A DNA stretch of 64,000 bases from positions 268,956,001-269,020,000 of the forward strand of contig OZ024741.1 of NCBI GenBank assembly GCA_964016885.1. The letters are read 5' to 3'. This DNA is from Eledone cirrhosa. Lineage: Eukaryota. The notes beneath the pieces are model-generated. The model saw only the letters and a list, made by a program, of their open reading frames with translations, was not told the DNA's origin and did not search any database. A program made the translations under genes and the position numbers. Below, piece after piece: positions 28,049 to 39,989 of the stretch. Position 1 is the first letter of the stretch. The number at the start of each line of letters is the position of its first letter.

Positions 28049-31000
28049 AAATTAAATGGAAACAACACAGTACAATGAAAGAATATATTATATTAATTTA
28101 ACACTTGATAATATACGAAAAGAATCTTTATGTCTTGGACACTATTCCTTCATTAGAAGATAGAATGAGAAATAAAAGAAGAAAGAGAGCGAGTGAGAAG
28201 AGGAAGCAATGGAAAAAAGAATTTTGAGAAAAACCACAAACACAGATACATGTGTAAGAGATTCAAGTACACATGCACCTTTAAGTGAGAGCCCTGTGGT
28301 ATGTGATGGTGTGTATAAGCTATGCGTATATATGCACATGCATCAGAATATGCAAGGTGGAGATAGTGTAATAATGACCATGGATGAAGATGTATGGTAT
28401 GGGCATATGACGCAACTGTATGTGTGTATGCAGGTTGTGTACATGGAACACTACATTTGTGCATAGTGGGACCAAGGGGTCTGATAGGGTGGATATGCAT
28501 GTGTTTGAATAAGAATTTGAGGGTTATGTATTGGGTGGTGTATACGGGTGTTGAGAATGTGAGTGTGTATTGTGTAGTGTTGGAGTTCTGTGTCTTTCTG
28601 TGTCTTTATGTGTGAGAGCAAGGATAAAGGGAGATTATAGAAACTGTGTGGGGGAATTGAGTGCAATCAGGGAAGTAGTTCCATGACAAAAAATGAAGTT
28701 CTGCTTGGTCTTGGTGGAAGTGGTTGGGGATCTGTGATGTAATATGATGCTTGAGAGAGAGAGAGAGAGGTATTGAGTAGAGTGGTGGGGAGAACTGAAG
28801 TGATGAGTGACAGGGATGTCTTTTGCAAGTCATATATCTCTCAGGTGTTTGACGAATCAGTCCACTAGACTGCAGCTTGTTTGTCTGATGTATATAAACC
28901 TGCAAAAGGAACACTGGAGGACATAGACAAAGTTGGTAGAGGTGCAAATGAAGGAGTGGCAAATGCGAAAACATGCTTCATACCTATGAGGGTAGTGAGG
29001 TTGGTTATGTAGGGTCAGGTATTACTGTGGGGAAGAGAGCAGAGACAGGAGGGTTAGGAAAGAAACAAGATGTGAGAGGGTCAGAAATGAGGGTTCAGAA
29101 GCAAAGAAGGATATAACAGCACAGCGGTAGGGTAGAGGTGTAGAAAGTGAGGGGGGGGAAGGAAGGTGGGTGTTGGGAGGAGCCATGGGGTGAGAGGGCT
29201 GTGGTGCAGTCAGTATCATGGGTGCAGGTAAGGGCAACTTGGATCAAGGTGTGAGGATTATCCATGCTGGATGAAGAGAGAAGCCATGCATTGGGACTGG
29301 GTTTTGAAGTCATGGTCCTGGCACCTGAGCTGACAAATATGAAGCAATTAGGAGTAGGGTATGGAGAGTTTTGTGTGGGTGGGGTACAATGAGGTGAAGT
29401 CGAGATAAGAGTAGGAATCAGTGGGTTTGTAGAAGAAGGAGGTAGAGAAGATGTGATGAGTATGGTCGATAGAGAGAGAGAGAGAGATGTCAAAGAATCA
29501 GAGACAGAAGTGGTGAAGGTAAGGGAAGGATGAAAATACTGGATGAAGAAAAGAAAGGAGTTGAGCTGTTCATGAGAGAGGGAGGTGGCACGGATACGAT
29601 CTTCGATATAATGACTGTATAGCTCAGGAGTAAGTCCAGTGTACTGGGAGAAGCTCTGGACCTCAACGTGGCTTATGAACAAGTTGGCATAATTTGGACC
29701 CATTCTGTTTCCAAACTGGTAAAATTCCGGAAAAGGTAAAACCATTGAGAGCAAGAACAAGCTTAGCAAGGCAGAGGTACTAGGGTAGGGGGCAGGGTGT
29801 AAGTCCAAAAAGTCTCAGGGTGTAGAGACTGTGAGGGGTGATGGTGTAGAGAGAGGTGATGTCCAGGCTGAAAAGAAGGTGAGAGCTGCCAAGAGAAGGA
29901 ATTGAACAGTTGAAGAGCATGATAAGTGTTGTGGATGTGGGAGGGGAGGTTGGTGACTAAGTGGAGCGAGGAGGGTATTAAGGTATTGAGAGATTATTTC
30001 AGTAGGGCAGTTGCGAAAATAATAATAGGTGCTCTTGGAATGATAAAAAAGCATACAGGCAGATACATAACTGAAACCCTCAGGATTTACAAAAATATAT
30101 ACAACACACAGAAAATTGCACTACTAGGCACTGTACACATATTATGAAGAGCATTCTCAATACAATGGAATCAACATCAAAAACAACACTGCACATACCC
30201 AAGGTGCAGAGAGCTGTGCTCAGTAATGCTGTGCTGAAACAAAAAAAAAAAAATAAGACGAATAATAATAATTGATCTACTTTAGGCACAAGGCCAGCAA
30301 TTTTGAGGGAGGAGAAAGTCGATTAAATCGACTGCAGTGCATTACTGGTGCTTTATTTATTGACTCTGTAAGGATGAAAGGCAAAGCTAACTTGGCGGGA
30401 TTTGAACTCAGAGCATAGAAGGCCGTAACTCAATGTTGTGAAGTATGGTGTTCGACACTCTACTGATACTACCAATCCATGATAATGATATTTATAGTTA
30501 AGACCAAGCACAGAAAAAGCTAAACACATGAAAACCCTTATTAAAGTGCAAATGGCAAGAAAAACTACTTTATGGTAAATAACCAGAGAGCTAACAATTT
30601 TGATGTTCACAAAATTCTTACCCATCAGTGGTTAGCGTGCTCTGGTTTAAAATAAGTGACAGAAAGGTTTATCATATCAGCGCAGGATCAATGACTACCT
30701 ACAAGAAACCATCAGACCAACATCTTAAAGAACCACAGCAGCCCAACTTGTCAAGTATGTAAGCAGGAGCCTAACACTATCAATCACATTGTTTCCATGT
30801 GTAGTCTTCTTGTACCTGCAGAGTATCTCAACAGGCATGAAAAGTCTGAAAACATGTGATTTCTTCCAGAGAAGGACTGAGGGTGATAGAGAGGAAGTGA
30901 GATAGAGATAGAGAGGAAGTGAGATAGAGATAGAGAGGAAGTGAGATAGAGATAGAGAGGAAGTGAGATAGAGATAGAGAGGAAGTGAGATAGAGAGGAA

Positions 31001-34000
31001 GTGAGATTGAGATAGAGAGGAAGTGAGATAGAGATAGAGAGGAAGTGAGATAGAGATAGAGAGGAAGTGAGATTGAGATAGAGAGGAAGTGAGATAGAGA
31101 TAGAGAGGAAGTGAGATAGAGATAGAGAGGAAGTGAGATAGAGATAGAGGAAGTGAGATAGAGATAGAGGAAGTGAGATAGAGATAGAGAGGAAGTGAGA
31201 TTGAGATAGAGATAGAGATAGAGAGGAAGTAAGATAGAGAGAAAGTGAGATTGAGATAGAGAGGAAGTGAGATTGAGATAGAGAGGAAGTGAGATTGAGA
31301 TATAGAGGAAGTGAGATAGAGATAGAGAGGAAGTGAGATTGAGATAGAGAGGAAGTGAGATTGAGTTAGAGAGGAAGTGAGATAGAGATAGAGAGGAAGT
31401 GAGATAGAGATAGAGAGGAAGTGAGATTGAGATAGAGAGGAAGTGAGATAGAGTTAGAGAGGAAGTGAGATAGAGATAGAGAGGAAGTGAGATAGAGATA
31501 GAGAGGAAGTGAGATTGAGATAGAGATAGAGATAGAGAGGAAGTAAGATAGAGAGAAAGTGAGATTGAGATAGAGAGGAAGTGAGATAGAGTTAGAGAGG
31601 AAGTGAGATTGAGATAGAGAGGAAGTGAGATAGAGATAGAGAGGAAGTGAGATTGAGATAGAGAGGAAGTGAGATAGAGATAGAGAGGAAGTGAGATTGA
31701 GATATAGAGGAAGTGAGATAGAGATAGAGAGGAAGTGAGATAGAGATAGAGAGGAAGTGAGATAGAGATAGAGAGGAAGTGAGATAGAGATAGAGAGGAA
31801 GTGAGATAGAGATAGAGAGGAAGTGTGATTGAAATAGAGAGGAAGTGAGATTGAGATAGAGAGGAAGTGAGATAGAGATAGAGAAGAAGTGAGATTGAGA
31901 TAGAGAGGAAGTGAGATAGAGATAGAGAGGAAGTGAGATAGAGATAGAGAGGAAGTGAGATAGAGATAGAGAGGAAGTGAGATTGAAATAGAGAGGAAGT
32001 GAGATAGAGATAGAGAGGAAGTGAGATTGAGATAGAGAAGAAGTGAGATTGAGATAGAGAGGAAGTGAGATAGAGATAGAGATGAAGTGAGATTGAGATA
32101 GAGATTAAGTGAGATAGAGATAGAGAGGAAGTGAGATAGAGATAGAGAGGAAGTGATATAGAGATAGAGAGGAAGTGAGATTGAGATAGAGGAAGTGAGA
32201 TAGAGAGGAAGTGAGATTGAGATAGAGAGGAAGTGAGATAGAGATAGAGAGGAAGTGAGATAGAGATAGAAAGGAAGTGAGATTGAGATAGAGAGGAAGT
32301 GAGATAGAGATAGAAAGGAAGTGAGATAGAGATAGAGAGGAAGTGAGATAGAGATAGAGAGGAAGTGAGATTGAGATAGAGAGGAAGTGAGATAGAGATA
32401 GAGAGGAAGTGAGATTGAGATAGAGAGGAAGTGAGATTGAGATAGAGAGGAAGTGAGATTGAGATAGAGAAGAAGTGAGATAGAGATAGAGAGGAAGTGA
32501 GATTGAGATAGAGAGGAAGTGAGATTGAGATAGAGAGGAAGTGAGATAGAGATAGAGGAAGTGAGATAGAGATAGAGGAAGTGAGATAGAGAGGAAGTGT
32601 GATTGAAATAGAGAGGAAGTGAGATTGAGATAGAGAGGAAGTGAGATTGAGATAGAGAGGAAGTGAGATTGAGATAGAGAGGAAGTGAGATAGAGATAGA
32701 GAGGAAGTGAGATAGAGATAGAGAGGAAGTGAGATAGAGATAGAGAGGAAGTGAGATAGAGATAGAGAGGAAGTGAGATAGAGATAGAGAGGAAGTGAGA
32801 TAGAGATAGAGAGGAAGTGAGATAGAGATAGAGAGGAAGTGAGATAGAGATAGAGAGGAAGTGTGATAGAGATAGAGAGGAAGTGAGATTGAGATAGAGA
32901 GGAAGTGAGATAGAGATAGAGAGGAAGTGAGATAGAGATAGAGAGGAAGTGAGATAGAGATAGAGAGGAAGTGAGATAGAGATAGAGAGGAAGTGAGATA
33001 GAGATAGAGAGGAAGTGAGATAGAGATAGAGAGGAAGTGAGATAGAGATAGAGAGGAAGTGAGATAGAGATAGAGAGGAAGTGTGATAGAGATAGAGAGG
33101 AAGTGAGATTGAGATAGAGAGGAAGTGAGATAGAGATAGAGAGGAAGTGAGATAGAGATAGAGAGGAAGTGAGATTGAGATAGAGAGGAAGTGAGATTGA
33201 GATAGAGAGGAAGTGAGATTGAGATAGAGAGGAAGTGAGATTGAGATAGAGAGGAAGTGAGATTGAAATAGAGAGGAAGTGAGATTGAAATAGAGAGGAA
33301 GTGAGATTGAGATAGAGAGGAAGTGAGATAGAGATAGAGAGGAAGTGAGATTGAAATAGAGAGGAAGTGAGATAGAGATAGAGAGGAAGTGAGATTGAGA
33401 TAGAGAGGAAGTGAGATTGAGATAGAGAGGAAGTGAGATTGAGATAGAGAGGAAGTGAGATTGAGATAGAGAGGAAGTGAGATTGAAATAGAGAGGAAGT
33501 GAGATTGAAATAGAGAGGAAGTGAGATTGAGATAGAGAGGAAGTGAGATAGAGATAGAGAGGAAGTGAGATTGAAATAGAGAGGAAGTGAGATAGAGATA
33601 GAGAGGAAGTGAGATTGAGATAGAGAGGAAGTGAGATTGAGATAGAGAGGAAGTGAGATTGAGATAGAGAGGAAGAATCAACTGAACTAGTATTATTTTT
33701 TATTGACTTTGAAAGGATGAAAGGCAAAGTTGAACTGAACAGGATTTGAACTCAGAATGCAGAAAGCTTGAATGAAGACTGCAAAGCATTGTATCTGATG
33801 TGTTAATGTCTCTGTTCATTTGCTGCTTTAGTTATGATATAATAAGGCAAAATAAAGTTTTAAAAAGCTTATCTTATTGAGCACTATGTTCAAAGTTAGC
33901 AAAACATAGCAATATGAAAATATCTAATTAGAATATTTAGCCCCCTCATTCTCTTTCTCACGTACACATGTGATGAGGATTGTAGTGAAGACATGTGGTG

Positions 34001-37000
34001 TGATGTGAAATATATGTTGTTGCTTTGATTTACAGGTAGCCAAAGGAAGGAGAGAAAAAACAGTTCCAACCAAACTAAAGTGAAACGAAGCAGTGCCGAC
34101 TTCTCTGATTCAACAGTCAATTCAACCAGTGGAAACCAGCCAGCTAAGGTTTACTATCTCTTTCTTGCTTCTCTTTGTATGTCCTGTGGTATGGAGTGGT
34201 GTGCTGTGCTGTGCTGTGTTGTGCTATGCTGTGTTGCAGTGTTATGTGGTGTAGTGATGTGGTATGCTGTTGTGTGCTGTTGTGTACTGTGGTATGGTGT
34301 GGTGTGGTGCTGTGTGATGTTGTGCAGTGCGGTGCAGTGTAATGTGGTGAGGTGCTGTGTGGTGTGGTGCTGTGTAATGTGGGATGGTGTGGTGTGATGT
34401 GTTGTGTGGTGTGGTGTACTGTGGTGCAGTATTGTGTTGTGTGGTGTAGTGTACTCTGGTGTAATGTGTGTTGGGTGGTGTGCTGTGTGGCATAGTGTGA
34501 TGGAATGTGATGTGGTATGGTGTGTTGTGTGAAGGCATGGACTGCTGTAGTGTATAATGTGAAGATATGTGGTTTGTAGTGAAAACACGATAGTCTGTAA
34601 TCTTGTGCAAAGCTATGGTGTGAAGACATTTGGTGTGGTGTATAGTGTGAAGACATTTGGTGTGGTGTATAGTGTGAAGACATTTGGTGTGGTGTATAGT
34701 GGGAAGACATGGATGTGTGGTGTATAGTGGGAAGACATGGATGTGGTGTGTTGTGAAGACGTGGTGTGGTGTATAGTGTGAAGACACGGATGTGGTGTGT
34801 TGTGAAGACGTGGTGTGGTGTATAGTGTGAAGACACGGATGTGGTGTGTTGTGAAGACATGGTGTGGTGTATAGTGTGAAGACACGGATGTGGTGTGTTG
34901 TGAAGAGATGGTGTGGTGTATAGTGTGAAGACATGGATGTGGTGTGTTGTGAAGACATGGTGTGGTGTATAGTGTGAAGACATGGAATGTGTTGTGTTGT
35001 GAAGACATTGTGTGGTGTATAGTGCGAAGACATGGATGTGGTGTGTTGTGAAGACGTGGTGTGGTGTATAGTGTGAAGACACGGATGTGGTGTGTTGTGA
35101 AGACATGGTGTGGTGTATAGTGCGAAGACATGGAATATGGTGTGTTGTGAAGACATGGTGTGGTGTATAGTGTGAAGACATGGAATGTGATGTGTTGTGA
35201 AGATATGTAGTTCTAATGAGGACATGGGGTGTGATGTGATGAGGAGTGTTGTGATAAAGAGTACTGGGTGATGTGATGAAGAGTACTGGGTGATGTGATA
35301 AAGAGTACTGGGTGATGTGATGAAGAGTACTGGGTGATGTGATAAAGAGTACTGGGTGATGTGATGAAGATTACTGGGTGATGTGATGAAGAGTACTGGG
35401 TGATGTGATGAAGAGTACTGGGTGATGTGATGAAGAGTACTGGGTGATGTGATGAAGAGTACTGGGTGATGTGATGAGGAGTACTGGGTGATGTGATGAG
35501 GAGTACTGGGTGATGTGATGAGGAGTACTGGGTGATGTGATGAAGAGTACTGGGTGATGTGATGAAGAGTACTGGGTGATGTGATGAAGAGTACTGGGTG
35601 ATGTGATGAGGAGTACTGGGTGATGTGATGAGGAGTACTGGGTGATGTGATGAGGAGTACTGGGTGATGTGATGAAGAGTACTGGGTGATGTGATGAGGA
35701 GTACTGGGTGATGTGATGAGGAGTACTGGGTGATGTGATGAGGAGTACTGGGTGATGTGATGAAGAGTACTGGGTGATGTGATGAGGAGTACTGAGTGAT
35801 GTGATGAGGAGTACTGGGTGATGTGATGAAGAGTACTGGGTGATGTGATGAGGAGTACTGAGTGATGTGATGAGGAGTACTGGGTGATGTGATGAGGAGT
35901 ACTGGGTGATGTGATGAGGAGTACTGGGTGATGTGATGAAGAGTACTGGGTGATGTGATGAGGAGTACTGGGTGATGTGATGAGGAGTACTGGGTGATGT
36001 GATGAGGAGTACTGGGTGATGTGATGAAGAGTACTGGGTGATGTGATGAGGAGTACTGAGTGATGTGATGAGGAGTACTGGGTGATGTGATGAAGAGTAC
36101 TGGGTGATGTGATGAAGAGTACTGGGTGATGTGATGAGGAGTACTGGGTGATGTGATGAGGAGTACTGAGTGATGTGAGGAAATGAACAGTATTGGGCAT
36201 GATGTAATGTTGTGTGAAAACATGATGTGGTGTGATGTGGAGGTAAGACATGTGGTGGTGTATGATTTGAAGACATATGGTGAGGTGTGGTTTGATGACA
36301 TGTAGTGAGGTGTGTAGTAAAGAGTTGTGTTGAAGTAAAATGTATAGTGAATGCATGTACCATATAACTACTACATGGTAGCTATGTAACCACTACATGG
36401 TAGCTCTGTAACCACTGCATGGTAGCCATATAACTACTACATGGTTGCCATGTAACCACTACATGGTAGCTATGTAACCACTACATGGTAGCTATGTAAC
36501 CACTACATGGTAGCTCTGTAACCACTGCATGGTAGCCATATAACTACTACATGGTTGCCATGTAACCACTAGATGGTAGCTATACAACTACTACATGATT
36601 GCTATAATAACCACTACGTGGTCGCCATATAGCCACTACATGGTTGCCATATAACGACTCCATGGTATATATATATATATAACTAGTTCATGGTAACCAC
36701 TACATGGTTGCCATATAACCACTACATGGTTGCTATATAGTCATTACATGGTTGCTATATAACTACTACATGTTTGCTATATAACCACCACATGGTTGCC
36801 ATCTAACCATTACATGGTAGCTATATAACAACTACATGGTTATCATAATAGGCACTATATGGTAGCTATATAACCACTACATGGTTGCCATGTAAACACT
36901 ATGGTAGTTATAATAACTACTATATGATAGCTATATAACCACTACATGGTGGTTATAATAGCTACTACATGGTTGCTATATAACCATTACATGTTTGCTA

Positions 37001-39095
37001 TATAACCACTACATGGTTGCTACATAACCATCACGTTATGATAATATTATTTAACTACATTAATTTTCTCTTCTTTCTATTTCAGAGCCAGCGTTTATCA
37101 AAGTCTTCCTCTTTAGTTGAAGAACTCTCCAAGAATGATTTTGCCGTCCCCGAATGCAAGCTGAATCCGAGTATTCCTTTGACCAAAAATTATATTTTAC
37201 AGCTTCTGATCCAGGTTGCAGATAAAGATTTAGTTCAGCTGATTAACTGGGCCAAACATATACCTGGTGATTTGATGTTTCACACATTCATTTTAACATC
37301 AGATTTTAATTTTTAATGTGGGGATGTTGTTTTGTACTTTTTAAGTGTCTTGCTAATGTGATTTCATGGAATACAGCAGGGGTCTTGAACTCAATGTCTC
37401 AAAAGGGCATTTACACCCTGGGGTCAAAATTGTGATTGTGGTGGCGAGATTTCCACCAGTTATAATACTAAACTGTAATACAGGTGCTGTTATTTATTTT
37501 ATTTTCATCAAATGAATACACATATGATAGTAAGTGGGATATGTGATTTAGTACAAAATGTAGGGGAACACATTTTCATTAATTCCTTTTTACTTTTGGT
37601 AAATTTTCTTTTTTTTTTCATTTTATAGTATTTCATGGGTAAATTTTAATAAATTGTACTATTAATATTACTAAAACAAGGACAAATTACCAAGTTTTAG
37701 AAAAATATTAGTCACAAATTGAGTTGCGGTATGCTGTGTGTTTGAGATCCTGCAGGTACAGCTTGTTAAAAGGTAATAGCTAGCTGAATGATTACACTCA
37801 ATAATAGGCAAAAGTATTATGGTATTTTTAACTTTCTACATTTACATTTGTTAAAGTTTCATAAGCATGAAAAAACTGTGGCAATGACAAGATGTAGAGA
37901 CATAGTTGAGAGTACTTAAGAGCTAATATCTTACCAATAATAACAAATCCATGGCAGGCTTGATTATTAAAAAAGGCAGATGAACAAAGAACAAAAAAAA
38001 AAAAATCATTGCTTTCTAAAATATGTGCCATTGATAAATACTGAATGTCCTCTAGGTGCGGTGAAGAGTATTGGGTGACATGATAAGGAGTACTGGGTGA
38101 TGTGATGAGGAGTACGAGGTGATGTGATGAAGGATATTGGGTGAGGTGATGAGGAGTATTATTTTGTTGCTTCTGTTTTAATAGGTTATGCTGACTTATC
38201 TTTGTCGGACCAAGTACATCTTATAGAATGCTGCTGGATGGAGTTGGTGTTGCTTAACTGTGCATATCGTTCCATGGAATACGAGGGAAAACGGCTTGCC
38301 TTTGCCTCAAATCTAATCTTAGAAAATTAAGTATACAATTTCTCATTTGTTTTTTTAAAACATGCTATTAAATTAATGTCCATGCATTCATGTTAGACTC
38401 TCTGTCTTACGACTGTCAGTGAAATAGAGTTATTTAACTTCCACAAGGGATGGCTAAACAATTCTACCCAGTCATACACACTTGTCATGCGTTATATATA
38501 TATATATATATACACATATACATACATAAACATGTGTGTCTGTGTCTGTGTGTAACCATTTCATTTAAAAAATGGCTATGTAGTTACAATAATAATATCA
38601 TTAAAAAAACATATGGGAGGAATATACGAAACAGAAAACGTGGAAGAGACAAGTGCATGGACAATTTCTGCTCATCGACTGTCTTTCTGGGGATCATTAA
38701 GAAACTCTCAGGATAGCTGGACAACAGAAGGTCTTCTGAGTTTCAGATGATCCTGCTTAGGGTGAAAGCAGAGATGTTTTGCTTAAACTTTAATCTGTAC
38801 TAATAATGATATTTGTTCTATGGGTTTATATATACTTATATATTTATATATGTATACAACCCTCATTGAGCCCTCTTCAGATTTTGGTTTTTGTGTTTAT
38901 TATTACTATATATATATATTATTACTATATATATATAAGGATGAAAGGCAAAGTTAACCTCAGTGGGATTTGCCATTCTGAGTTCAAATCCTGCCGAGGT
39001 TGACTTTGCCTTTCATCCTTACAGGGTCGATAAAATAAAGTACCAGTAATACACTGGGTAATTGCTGGCCTTGTGCCAAAAGTAGAAACAATTAT

Positions 39096-39141
<46 letters not shown>

Positions 39142-39715
39142 ACAGGAGGCTGGACTGGTGTAAATCCTTGAAAGGTTTATTATACTATGATCATTGCAAT
39201 GACCGGGTTCCATATGAATCCGGTGATATCATCAGGTATTGGAATATAACAAAGGAATATGTAAAAAGCCATGGGTCCGCTGCATTTTCTAACATGAATG
39301 TAGTTTGACCCTTACACTAGTTTTCGGTTGCCAACACTTTGAGGGCGGCTGACTGTGAAGCTAGTTGGTCAGCCGCCCTCTCTGTCTCTGGTTTCTCGAA
39401 CCCATGATCTTTCGGACCCATGGCTTTTTACATATTCCTTTGTTATATTCCAATACCTGATGATATCACCGGATTCCTATGGAACCCGGTCATTGAAATG
39501 ATCATAGTATAATAAACCTTTCAAGGATTTACACCAGTCCAGCCTCCTGTTACTTCATTTATAATTAACTCCGTATTCGCACCACCAACTACACAAATGA
39601 AGATGGGTGAACTGCACTGCATTGAGTACTCTTCACAATATTACACCAGGATTGACCATATGGAATGACCATACGGAATGACCAGTTCTATCCAGTGGTG
39701 AACCAACAAACCTTA

Positions 39716-39746
<31 letters not shown>

Positions 39747-39868
39747 GTAACAATTGTTTCTACTTTTAGCACAAGGCCATCAATTATCCCAGTGCATTAC
39801 TGGTGCTTTCCTCAGTGGGATTTGGCCTTGTTAGCGTGGAAAATGGACATTAAACGATGATGATGATA

Positions 39869-39936
<68 letters not shown>

Positions 39937-39941
39937 GAGAT

Positions 39942-39989
<48 letters not shown>

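Noticed and set aside
31366-36363. 330-771-aa minus-strand ORFs
   Set aside because: These are stop-free readings of 22-bp minisatellites, open in several frames at once, with no splice or domain support.
38325-38332. Rescue of the odd donor by A-to-I editing or by the GT at 38331
   Set aside because: Editing AT at 38326 to IT gives phase 1, and GT 38331 gives phase 0 with a stop; the downstream exon needs phase 2.
39488-39503. Possible estrogen response element GGTCA...TGATC; also AGGTCA at 21429
   Set aside because: The spacer is 6 nt rather than 3, or only a half-site is present, and both are explained by ribozyme stems.
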